Positions 38,559 to 49,561 of a DNA stretch of 64,000 bases are shown here, piece after piece. The translations under genes and the position numbers were made by a program. Numbering within the stretch: position 1 is the first letter of the stretch; each line of letters opens with the position of its first letter. The notes below the pieces were generated by a model. It saw only the letters and a list, made by a program, of their open reading frames with translations. It searched no databases and had not been told where the DNA came from. The DNA comes from Squalus acanthias (taxonomy: Eukaryota). The DNA lies in NCBI GenBank assembly GCA_030390025.1, contig CM059429.1, forward strand, positions 56,482,001-56,546,000, read 5' to 3'.

Positions 38559-40369
38559 ATGGAGAGGGTGAGAGAACGAGCTCATCGCTTCACCGAGCGG
38601 GCCTTGGATGCTCTAGTTGGCGCGGTGGAGCGCAGAAGATGTATACTCTTCCCTGAGAGTGGCAGGAGGCCTTTGCCACGCGAGTACAGAAGAGTGTGGA
38701 GGGAGGTGGCTCAGAGCGTCTCCTCCAGGAGCATGGTGCCCAGGACCCATGTTCAATGCCGCAAAAAGTTCAACGACCTCACTCGGGTCGTCAGGGTGAG
38801 TGGCTTTTTCTCAATACCTCTCCATCCCTCCATCTCAACCTCACTCTATGGCCAGAGGGTCTTAAAACCCCAATGCACAACACTCATCCAACACCTATGG
38901 CCCTTTCATGAAACACACACACACATTCCACACTTTGCATACAGTAAGGGCTATTCACCTATGGGAGGCACATCAGGCAAGACCATGGCTGCATACAGTA
39001 AGGGCTATTCACCTATGGGAGGCACATCAGGCAAGACCATGGCTGTATATTTACTCAGATGCTGTCCTTTTTCTTACAGGCCAAGCTGGCGCATAATCGG
39101 AGACAGCAGCAACGGACAGGTGGAGGGCGGCCTCAGCTGCAACCCCTCAGCGATCTTGAGGAGCGCGTCCACAGGATTGTGGCAAGCCGGGTGATCGGTC
39201 CCGTCGCCACTGGAGACGCCGACCCCGTTCTGGACAGCAATGGTAAGGTCATCACCTTTTTGTCCTCTGTCCTTCCACTTGTCCCTCACAACACCAGCCT
39301 TTGACACTTTCAATCCAACTTGCTAACTCGCTGCACTTATTCCTCCCTTACTGCCACCCTGTCCTCACGCTAAAGCCACTCTTGTACCTCCCTGCTTTCA
39401 GATGGTGATTCACCAGCTGAGGAGACGGGCCCTGAAGCTGCCACTGGGAGTGAAGCTGCAGCCGAGGAGGAAGAGGAAGCCGGAGCATCAGTGCCACCCT
39501 CTCCCGAGGAAGCCCATGCCCACACTGGGAACACGCCTTCCCTGGAGGGGAGCAGGGGGGAAGGGTCTGATGAGGGTGAAGCTCCAGGACCCAGCGGGCT
39601 GCAGCAACGCCATGGGGGTAGGGAAGAACGGGGGCCTTCTCCCCAGAGGGAGAGTATGCCAGAGACTCCTACTGCAATGGACGCAGAGGAGGAGCGGCTG
39701 ATCGCAGAAATGAACACCCAGGCGGTGGGCATGCACACTGAGCTCATGGGTGCAGTGGGAAGGGTGCCCGAATGCATTGAGTCACTGGCAAGGAGTGTGG
39801 AGCACTTCACTGTAGCACAGGCGGATGCCACACTAACGCTTAGTGCTGCAATTCAGTCACTGACTGCCGTGATCCCATCTCTGACTGCTCTCATGCAGAC
39901 TCAGATTGAGGCCACGCGAGCACTGACTGCTGCCAACCTCGATGGTTCGTTCACATGTCCCCGGGGCTCTCACCGCGCCGCAGCAGGCCAGCAATCTGTG
40001 CTCCAGCAGATTGCTCCGGATGCTGAAGTGCTGGCCCGTGGGAGTGCCAGTGTGTCGGGCGAGCAGGGAGTTGCTGTCCTCTCTCACGATGACAGCATTC
40101 CTGCTGCCAACACTGTCACTTCTCCACTGCACTTGCCACCGCCTGTAGGACAGACTGCTGCCGCCCATGCAGAGTTGGTGCAGTCTGCAGCCGGGCCCTC
40201 CAGGCCCAGAACTGGTCGAGGCCGTCCTTCAGGGGCATCTGCAGTGTCAGGGTCTGACGATCAGCAGCCTTCCACCAGCCTTGCTGCAGCCACTGAGGTC
40301 CCATTACGGAGGAGCAGAAGGGGGGAAGTGCGCAAGGGAAGGAGATCACCCTCGAAGGGCAAAAAGTAG
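38559..40369 (+). CDS. Harbinger Myb/SANT-like protein, 3 exons (38559-38795, 39080-39242, 39402-40369), 455 aa
   Basis: GT-AG introns with compatible phases (0, 1). MERVRERAHRFTERALDALV..W.EVA..CRKKFNDL, RTGGG motif, acidic region, coiled coil and basic C-terminus. No stops. Confidence 0.85.
38937..39044 (+). repeat. Perfect 54 bp tandem duplication in Myb intron 1
   Basis: GCATACAGTAAGGGCTATTCACCTATGGGAGGCACATCAGGCAAGACCATGGCT x2. Confidence 0.95.
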
Positions 40370-40681
40370 GAGGTGTGACAAAATGCTGGTCATTTTTTTA
40401 TTAAAGGCCGAGGTTCGTGGTCCAACTTTTATTTAGTGTTTTGGACATTATCTCCAGGTTGTGAGAACCAGTTATGTTATTGATTGTTTTTTTGTGTTTA
40501 TTTCTATGAGTTTGTCATGAGGAAATGACACACACAGAGTTTGTAAAATAAATAAGTTTTTGTATTCAAAATATACATGTTTGGTGTTTGGAATTATTGG
40601 TGCCTTGGCCGGCTTAGGGGTTGCGTGCTGGGTTCATTGATGTTGTTAGCAATGGCAGAAGCCATTTCCACAGCAGGGGCC

Positions 40682-41842
40682 CTAGAAGCGGCTTGCTATT
40701 AGCCGTTGACGGACGGCCCTTGCAGTTTCACCATTGTGGGCCGCCCTCCCGCCTTGGTGCTGCTGATGATCATCCTCCTCGTCCTCTTCCTCCTCTTCCT
40801 CCTCCTCCTCTGGTGGTGCTCCAAGGCCTGGTGGCATTGGCTGGGTCCTGACGATTGCCATGTTATGCAACATGCAGCACACAACTACGAAGTTGGATAC
40901 TCGCTCAGGCGAGTACTGCAGGGCTCCCCCAGAATGGTCGAGACAGCGGAACCGTTGCTTCAGCACGCCGATTGTGCGCTCAATGATGTTCCTGGTAGCT
41001 TGATGGCTCTCATTGTACCGCAGCTCAGCAGGGGTGTTGGGCGTACGGAGCGGTGTCATCAGCCAGGTGCTCAATGGATACCCCTTGTCCCCGAGAAGCC
41101 AACCAACTGGCTGATGCGGTGCCTCGAAAAGTTCTGCCACAGTTGTCTGGCGCAGGATAAAAGCATCGTGGCAGCTGCCAGGATAGTGGGCATTGATAGC
41201 GAGTATCAGCTGTCTGTGGTCACAGACCAACTGAACATTCAAGGAATGGAACCCCTTTCTGTTCCGGAATTCCTCGGCATTCTCATGTGGAGCACGCAAA
41301 GCCACATGCGTGCAGTCAATGGCGCCCTGCACCATGGGGAAGCCCGCTATCCTCGCAAAGCCCAGAGCGCGGTCACGCTGCTTGTCTGGGGTCATGGGGA
41401 AAGAGATGAACTCTCGTCTCCTTTTAAAGAGGGCATTTGTGACCTGCCGGATGCAGCAATGCACCGCGAACTGGGAGATATTGGCGAGGTCCCCAGCAGC
41501 AGCTTGAAATGAGCCAGTAGCATTGAAGTTGAGAGCCACTGTGACCTTCACTGCCACCGACAGAGACGTCCTGGACCTCAGTTGAGGCTGCAGATCTGGC
41601 TGCAGCAGGTGGCAGAGCTCAGTGACCACCTCCTTGCTGAATCGCAGCCTTCGCAAACACAGCTCCTCAGACATATGAATGTAGGAGAGCTGTTCACGAT
41701 ATACCCTGGGAGGGTAAGCTCTCCTGTACATACACCTGTTGGCCCTCCTCCGTCTGGCCATCATTGCCACTCTCTCTCTGCGTCTCTGTGTCCTCCGATT
41801 CAGCTGGAGCAGGACGATGCCCCCAATCAGTGCAGCCCCCAT
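40682..41842 (-). CDS. Harbinger (HARBI1-like) DDE transposase, 386 aa
   Basis: GAIDCTHV (D), NRKG, YPGSCHDAFIL, LGDKGY (D), IIERTIGVLKQRFRCL (E). Open from the ATG at 41842. Confidence 0.93.
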   Translation of the reverse strand: MGAALIGGIVLLQLNRRTQRRRERVAMMARRRRANRCMYRRAYPPRVYREQLSYIHMSEELCLRRLRFSKEVVTELCHLLQPDLQPQLRSRTSLSVAVKVTVALNFNATGSFQAAAGDLANISQFAVHCCIRQVTNALFKRRREFISFPMTPDKQRDRALGFARIAGFPMVQGAIDCTHVALRAPHENAEEFRNRKGFHSLNVQLVCDHRQLILAINAHYPGSCHDAFILRQTTVAELFEAPHQPVGWLLGDKGYPLSTWLMTPLRTPNTPAELRYNESHQATRNIIERTIGVLKQRFRCLDHSGGALQYSPERVSNFVVVCCMLHNMAIVRTQPMPPGLGAPPEEEEEEEEEDEEDDHQQHQGGRAAHNGETARAVRQRLIASRF

Positions 41843-42371
41843 AGTCTCTTTGCAAGCAAAGTAATGAAGGACAGCAACCAAAGTAGCAGCGAAGTTAGGA
41901 TCAGTAGGCAAAACTACCTCACAAAGCGTTGACTCAATGCAGAAGTCTCTCTTTCTCTCTCTCCGAATCTCTCTCTCTCTCTCAGAACGAGTGGTGCAAA
42001 AATGTCGACCACAGAAAAAGACAGGAAGAGGCCCCCTTTAAATAGCGCCCCCCCCAGCCCCACAGCGATTGATAGCGTTCCAGTCTTCCGGTCGTTGGAT
42101 GCGCCAGGCGGTAAGGCAGGGGGCGCCACTCAATTTCCGCTCCGGGTCGCCACAAGGGCGTTGCACCATGGAATGACATCACAATCTGCGCACGCAGGTG
42201 GTCGCGGCGGTAAAGTTTAGCGCCGCCGCACAATGTCTAGTTAAGTTCCCGAGCGGCGCAAACATCGCTGCGCCCGGGCGTTAGCGGCTTTGCGCCCCAT
42301 TAGCGCCCTCTTAAGGCGCTAACGGGAGGCGCAACCAACTGAATTTTTACCCCCAACAGTTTTATTTGAAA

Positions 42372-42409
42372 TCACAAGCTTTCGGAGCTGCTGCCCCTTT
42401 GTCAGGTGA
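42372..42409 (-). ncRNA. Minimal hammerhead-ribozyme motif of the Penelope pLTR (left arm; G8A variant)
   Basis: Reverse complement of the motif at 43393-43430. Confidence 0.6.
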
Positions 42410-43392
42410 AGTGAAGGAATACGAATCAGCAAAGCATATATAGACAGAGAACAATGCATGTGTAGCGTACAATGTCAGACGACTACATTTAATCCTCCTG
42501 ACTGCCTTTCGTCACACCTCGGCAGAGAAACAATCAGGTCAGCCAGGAAGGCACCACATCAAAGACATAGCAAGATACAACTGAGACAATGAGGTGGGGG
42601 TCACAGGGGGTCTAATGTGTCAAATGCTGCAGTCTGTATGGAAAACCATAAACTTTAAAATTTTTACTTTTTTACTGGAAATCACATCTGTGAACAAGCC
42701 AACGACGACTCGAGTCTGGATGACTCTACGTCATGTAGCGTGACATGAACCCCAGATCCCGGTTGAGGCCGTCCTCATGAGTGCGGAACTTGGCTATCAT
42801 TTTCTGCTCGATGATTTTGCAGACCATGCAGACACTGAGACAACGTATGAACGGACACCGCGCAACAATCGCCAGGCAGGATTGTTACCTCCCAGTCGGG
42901 GAACACTTCAGCAGTCAAGGACATTCAGCCTCGGATCTGCGGGTAAGCGTTCTCCAAGGCGGCCTTCGAGACCCACGACAACGCAAAATCATCGAGCAGA
43001 AACTGATAGCCAAGTTCCGCACTCATGAGGACGGCCTCAACCGGGATCTGGGGTTCATGTCACGCTACATGACGTAGAGTCATCCAGACTCGAGTCGTCG
43101 TTGGCTTGTTCACAGATGTGATTTCCAGTAAAAAAGTAAAAATTTTAAAGTTTATGGTTTTCCATACAGACTGCAGCATTTGACACATTAGACCCCCTGT
43201 GACCCCACCTCATTGTCTCAGTTGTATCTTGCTATGTCTTTGATGTGGTGCCTTCCTGGCTGACCTGATTGTTTCTCTGCCGAGGTGTGACGAAAGGCAG
43301 TCAGGAGGATTAAATGTAGTCGTCTGACATTGTACGCTACACATGCATTGTTCTCTGTCTATATATGCTTTGCTGATTCGTATTCCTTCACT

Positions 43393-43430
43393 TCACCTGA
43401 CAAAGGGGCAGCAGCTCCGAAAGCTTGTGA
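43393..43430 (+). ncRNA. Minimal type I hammerhead-ribozyme motif of the Penelope pLTR (G8A variant)
   Basis: TCAC-CTGACAA-A-GGGGCAGCAGCTCC-GAAA-GCTT-GTGA: stem I TCAC/GTGA, stem II, GAAA box and a palindromic AGCT mini stem III. Confidence 0.6.
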
Positions 43431-46332
43431 TTTCAAATAAAACTGTTGGACTATAACCTGGTGTTGTGCGACTTCTCATATTTAAGGTAGAGATAGACAG
43501 ATTTTTGAACAATAAGGGAGTGATGGGTTTTGGGGAGCGGGCAGGGAAATGGAGCTGAGCCCGAGATCAGATCAGCCATGATCTCATTAAATGGCGGAGC
43601 AGGCTCAAGTGGCCAAATGGCCTACTCCTGCTCCTTTTTCTTATGTTCTTATGAATGTTTAGGCCATGAATAACTCGCAATTTACCAAAGCAGTTGCTGC
43701 GGGCATGCAAAGACTTTAAGAGATTGTGCAAAAGGGTACCAACAAGCAAATCACAAATTACTTGTAGATGCATGTTCCAAACATTCTGGTTTAGCACGTG
43801 ATGAATAACTCTGCATTTGGCCTGTATACAAAGTTTTAGGTAATGAGACCAGCTGGGAGAGGTTTCCACAGGCAGGAGAAGCAATGAGTGAAGTGTACTT
43901 CTCATATTCCACATAAACCTTTTGATTGATACAGAATGTTAAAATGGAGCTGCACAGCTCATGTTCCTGGTATAAATGTGAAGGTCTGCCTTAAGGACAT
44001 GCAGTCTAGTCTGTATCCAGCTGCCCTAGAGAGGGACTACTGTGAATGTATAGTATATACCAGACATTATTTGTGTAGAAGAACTTGAGCAGCATGAGTA
44101 TCGGTCTCTAATCTGACAGGCTTTTAGATGTAGCATAACCTCAGATGTTCTAAGTGTTGTTTAATACTTTGTGTCTGCAGGAGAGGCCAAATGGATTGCC
44201 TTCTCTGTAATGACCTCTTCACTGTAAAATGATTTTTGCTGTTGAACTCATGCTGAAGATCATTAAACATTACAAAAATGACCTAATGACACGAGTGTCA
44301 TAAAGTAAAAGGAATGTTAAATTGGCAATGAGATACTGTAGAAAGAGACATCCCATAGCCATTTCTTGAATAACACTAGAAAAAAATGGATGCACAGTTT
44401 GAAATTTTGCAGCTGACTCTCAAGCTCTCTGTTGGGTAAGACAAACAAAGTACTTGCTATACAATCCTAACCTTATTTCACGCAGGGTCCACTCCCCTAT
44501 ACCATCGCTGGGAGCTGTAAAAATACAATGCCCACAAATAACTTAGAGTGGTCACAATTAATTAATGGAAAAGATTTTATGATCAATGTACAATTATTGT
44601 TATCTCATGGATACTGTAAAAGATCTATCCACTATGAGGTCAGTACAGTCATGTAATAACATTTTATTTCATTTCAGCACCTGGTTTAATGCTGACGTTG
44701 GTGGGGTGAGGACTCAGGGACCAGAACTTGCATATCTTCTTGTGTCATTTTCAAGCAATGCATTGTGCTCCAAAAAAGAAGACAATCTAATGACTGTAAT
44801 CATCTCAATGCCTGGGATAAACTTTTATATTTTTTTAAGACTAAAATATGGATTGCATGAATTTTTAAACTTTATATTTTGCCTAAGGAGCTGTCAGGTA
44901 TTTGGGTACGGTTTTATTTTGTGATCCTTCCCTGGAGCATTCCCTTAATACAATTAATTGAATAAGGAGAACTTTGGAATGCCTGGGGTATTCTATTAAG
45001 TGGTTTCTACTGTATTTGCATCTGGTTTCTTTTAAAGAGCAACTAACCTGAAATTATAACTACGTAGACTAGAAAATCACTAACTATTAACTTTTTCCTG
45101 GTATCCAAAACAGGAAAAAATGTTTAACTAATTTCAATTTAATACAATGGCAATTCCTGAAAGTCTGAAGAAGTTGGAAGGAAACAATTTAGTTTTTTTT
45201 CCAAGTGAATCAGTGCAGGAAGCTACATACAACTCCCCTATGTATTTTTATACTGGGTTCTACTGTTGTACACTGTTGTTGAGAAGTGATGTTATCACTG
45301 AAGGCAGGAAGTTTAAGGTACAGAGAAGACATTTCGTTGCAAATCATTTTTTCCTAACTTTTTATTCAATAAAAATAACTCAAGGGTCAAACATTCTGTT
45401 GTCGTGGTTGGCCATTGCAGTACAAGATGCACTTGCAACAGAATAAGAACATAAGAACATAAGAAACAGTTGCAGGAGCAGGCCAATCAGCCCCTCGAGC
45501 CTGCTCTGCCATTCAATAAGATCATGGCTGATCCAATCTTGGCCTCAACACCACTTTCCCGCTCTCTCTCCATACCCCTTGACTCCCTTGTAGTTCAAAT
45601 GTCTGTCAATCTCCGCCTTGAATATATTAAATGACTCCGCCTCCACAGCTCTCTGGGGTAGAGAATTTCAAAGATTCACGATCCTCTGAGAGAAGAAATT
45701 CCTCCTCATCTCCGCCTTAAATGGGTGACCCCTTATTCTGAAACTATGCCCCCTAGTTCTAGATACCCTCACTAGGGGAAACATCCTCTCAGCATCAACC
45801 CTGTCAATCCCCCCTCAGAATCTTATATGTTTCAATAAGATCACCTCTCATTCTTCTAAATTCCAATGAGTATAGGCCCAACCTGCTCAACCTTTCGTCA
45901 TACGTCAATCCCTTCATCCCAGGAATCAACCTAGTGAACCTTCTCTGCACTGCCTCCAACGCAAGTATATCCTTCCTTAAATATGGAGACCAAAACTGTA
46001 CGCAGTACTCCAGGTGCGGTCTCACCAGCGCCCTGTAAAGTTGCATCAAAACTTCCCTACTTTTATACTCCATACCCCTTGCAATAAAGGCCAACATTCC
46101 ATTAGGCTTCCTAATTACTTGCTGTACCTGCATGCTAACTTGTGTTTCATGTACTAGGACCCCCAGATCCCTTTGTACCGCAGCATTTTGTAGCCTCACT
46201 CCATTTAAATAATAATTTGCTTTTTCATTCTTTCTTCCAAAGTGGATAACCTCACATTTTCCCACATTATACTCCATCTGCCAAATTTTAGCCCACTCAC
46301 TTAACCTATCTATATCCCTTTGCAGACTCTTT

Positions 46333-49300
46333 GGGCTCGATTTTGCCAGGCCCGAGGAGGCGGGATTGGAGGCGTGTGAGTTGTTAAAATCGCCAAAAAT
46401 GGCAGGTGGGCCCGATCCCGCCTCCGAGCAATTTTCCCAAAAGCGTGTTTTCTGACCCCCTTTCCATCCCGCCTCCAAGAGGCGGGATAGGCCCTTAAGG
46501 CCCTTAACAACCACTTAATGGCCTCTATAATCCCATTTTGAGAGGCCTTTCCGATTTTTAGTCATTCCCCCCATCCCTCACGCCTCCTCTGGAACACGCC
46601 AGGTAATGCTGGCGGCCTCACAAGTGGATTGCTTACGAACAGCTGCAGCTCCACCATTAAAAAGGAGTTTTCACCAATGATCATTTGCAGGTGACAGAAC
46701 TTTGTTGTTTCAGGTCTGGGGAAACTTTTAGCAGGCATACTCAGTGTTGTGGAAGTTTGGAGCCTGACACCCATCTCCAGTGTGACCTCCTGGGAAACCC
46801 CTCTCCTCACCTTGACTAAGCGCTTCCTCAACTGAGGCATATACCAGAAGCATGGCGACCATTTAATTCCTTTCCTCCTGGACATCAGATTCAGATGAAG
46901 ACCAGCCGCGGCAGCAGCAGAACCATGAGCAACAGCACCACCAACAGCAGGAACATCAACAGGAGCGCCAAGCTGCTAGTCACCCACCTGAAGATGCATA
47001 GGCCAGAAGTCGCCAGAGCGCGACCATATTGCTGCCCGGGATGCAAGGGACGAACTCATGTTGGTCACATTTGCTTAGCCTGTACACTCAAACACTTTTG
47101 CCTCGCACCTTCTTACCAGAGCATCGACATTGGCCAGGAACCTGCGGATTCCTATCACTCTGACCACCATACTGACAATTGCAAGTCGCTCTAAGCCCTC
47201 AATGTGGAAGTCCCATTTGCGAAATGATACAGGCCACAACTTCAACAGTTTGCCATCAGAATTTTTTATCACAACAAGCAACTGGTGGCATTTCAAAAAT
47301 AAACACAACATAACACCCAAGTGACTACCCTTGTGACTACTTGTGCATTATCTTCCTCTTATGCGTGCTCCTACGTGGTGCTTCCCCTGTGGCTTCAGCA
47401 GATGTGGAGGCCCCTCGCTCACTTTCTTGCTGCTCCTGTCTCGACACCTTTGGCGGCCGTCCTCTGGAGTTGCGAACCTCTGAGGGCTCGGCAACAGAGT
47501 GCTGCTCCTGCGGCTGTGCAGGGGATAAGACGCCCATCTCAGTTGGGTGAGGACTCTGGTGGGGCTCTGACCGAGGGCTTTGCAGTGGCATGGTCGTTTG
47601 AGCGCTTGGAGAGGAGCCCCCACTTCCTTGTTGTCTGCCACCAACATCCCTCTCATGGGTCAGCCCCACTTCAGAGCTAGCAAGTGGCTTGACAGCACCT
47701 TGCTGCACTTCAGGGGGGCCATGAGGACCCGTTTTTGCACTGGAAGTCCTACTCCAGAGGACTTCCATGAAGGTCTGGTTTCTATGCTCAGTAGCTGACC
47801 ATCGCTCCTCAAGAAATGCCAGTCTATTCTGAACAATGACCATGTTTTCTACACTCTGGCGACTTAGCTCCTCCATGGCCGTAGCCATCCTCTCCTCTAC
47901 TGTAGCCATCATTTCCACGGAGGTTGCCATCCTTTCTGTGGTGATGCGTTCATGCGCCAACGCCTCCACAAGGGCTCTGCTCATGTTCGCGATGGACTCC
48001 TCCATTCGCTCGACACTCGCAGCGACCCTGGAGATAAAACCTGCCAGAGACTCCTGCACCTGTTCCTGGAGTTCCAGCACCGCTCTCATTCTGGATGGAC
48101 CCGGAGGCACAGGGTCGACATGCAGCTGAGCCGAGCTGGCAGAGTCCTACGCCCTCCGACGAGGACTCTCCACTGCTGTCCCTGTCTCCGCCATCTGCTG
48201 ATGCTAACTTGTGATCTGTGATACACCAGGTGACAACACTACTCTATCTCGCGAAGGTCCCACCGAGGTGTGAGTGTCTGCGCTGGTGCTGGGTGCACTG
48301 AATTCTGCTGAGGCTGTGCCCTCAGAGGTTGCAGCTTCCTCTGAGGAGTCTGGAAGCTCAGGCTCTTCCTCCTGGACAGTAGGGACGGGGGCTTTCGATG
48401 GTCCTGTGGGGGAGTAAAGGAAAGAGTTAGAGATGTAAGGTCAAGGTTACATGAACATTGAATAGTGCAGATGATCATAAGTCAATCTGTTAGAGCATCA
48501 GATTCATTATCAGTGACTTATGCAATGTCAATGAGAGAGATGCCAAACTATTCTGTCACCAGCTTGCTGCGATGCGCCCATCTGTCCGTCCCCCACTTGG
48601 GAATCCTCCTCGATCCCAGTGATTTGCAGGGCCGTCTCCTCCCAGGTGGTGAGCTGGGCTACTGAGGGTGGCCCTCCTCCTGTCATGTCTCTTTCCCTCT
48701 TATTGTGGGCTCTCTTTTCCTGCAATGAGGGACACAAGTGGAGTTTGAGTGAGAATGAAGGAGTGAGTGTAGATAATCCATAGCATAGATACTTAGAAGG
48801 ATACAAAGGACCATCCCTGTGTGTTGAAAGTTGTTGTTGTCATGGCATCACAGTGATAGGGAGTGTGAGGGCTGCATGGTCAAATAGTTAAGTGAATGTG
48901 ACCTTCGAGAGAGAGGGAATGGGTAAGGGTGCAGGCATGTAAGTGTCAAGTGGCATGTGGAGGAAGAGGTTGGCAAAGCAGAGTGCTGGTGAGGAGAGGC
49001 AATGGGGATCAGATTGAGGGTGATGGGAAAGTCATACTCACTTTTCCTGTGCGGAGAAGGTCAGGAAACCTCTTCCTGCATTGCAGCCAGGTTCTGCAGC
49101 TCAGCAAAATGGAGTTGACCTCCTGGGCCACTTGCAGCCACATAGCTTTTGTCTGCTGGGGTGGCTTTTTTCTCCCTGAGGAAGGGAACAGCACCTCTTT
49201 ATTACTTCTGGCTCCATGCACCAGAGCTTGGAGGGAGGGCTCATTAAACCAAAGTGCACACTTTTGCTTGATCGTGGACATTGTCGGGAAATCAACACCT

Positions 49301-49561
49301 TCATACAATTTGCAGAGCCTTTGCAGTCTCCAGAGGAAGCAAGGCTGCTTGCAGGTCTTAAATCCAGCAGCATTGATGACGTCATCGGAGGCGACTTTCT
49401 GTATGAAAAGACTCATTGGGCCAGGTGTTCCCACACGCAGGAAATCAATTGCCCAATTAGGGGAAAATCCCACTTTTTCAACACTTCACTTAGGAGTCAG
49501 GGTCCTGACACGATTTCCACCTGACACGCCCCAGCCCGCCCACACTGACAAAATCCAGCCC
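46333..49561. mobile_element. Non-autonomous Harbinger (family A, copy 3)
   Basis: TIR GGGCTCGATTTTG / CAAAATCCAGCCC, TSD TTT. Removing it restores CR1 RT. Transposase stub at 46852-47078. Confidence 0.93.
47337..49281 (-). pseudogene. Harbinger Myb/SANT gene (exons 49281-49042, 48719-48560, 48403-47337) with one premature TAG (~48204-48206)
   Basis: MSTIKQKCALWFNEPSLQALV..RTWLQCRKRF; EKRAHNKRE..TGGG. AGT TAG here, where copies 1 and 2 have AGT GAG. Confidence 0.85.

Larger units (their letters stand above)
38199..42353. mobile_element. Apparently intact autonomous Harbinger transposon (family B, 4155 bp)
   Basis: TIR GGGGGAAAAATT / AATTTTTACCCC, 3 bp TSD CAA, two convergent uninterrupted genes. 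Confidence 0.93.
38124..43477 (-). mobile_element. Truncated Penelope-like element with inverted pseudo-LTR (contains the Harbinger at 38199-42353)
   Basis: 11 bp TSD ATATTTAAGGT (38113-38123, 43478-43488). GIY-YIG C-terminus 'TMQTLRQRMNGHR..VGEHFS..H..DLRV..EQKLIAKF..GLNRD' (42821-43077). Inverted arms 38166-38198+42357-42820 versus 42983-43478. Confidence 0.9.
36313..43632 (+). mobile_element. 5'-truncated CR1/HER1 LINE, split at 38123/43478 by a Penelope insertion
   Basis: ORF2 pieces 36314..38193 (YLDFQKAFDKVPH, FADD). The 3' end resumes at 43478 and ends in TTCTTATGTTCTTATG. Confidence 0.92.

Noticed and set aside
38316-39194. 292 aa ORF with a repeated AYSKGYSPMGGTSGKTMA peptide
   Set aside because: Read-through of Myb exon 1 into intron 1. 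The repeat is the 54 bp intronic duplication.
40682-41842. Domesticated host HARBI1/NAIF1 pair
   Set aside because: It lies within TIRs and a TSD, nested in young retroelements, so it is a transposon.
44586-45446. Short ORFs in AT-rich unique DNA (also 22797, 24361, 34625, 54420, 60173) as host exons
   Set aside because: No recognisable domains, codon bias or consistent splice phases. Small exons of a long flanking gene cannot be excluded without RNA-seq.
45804-46514. Novel fusion proteins (ORFs 45804..46514 and 49486..50961)
   Set aside because: CR1 RT frames running by chance into Harbinger terminal sequence at the insertion site.
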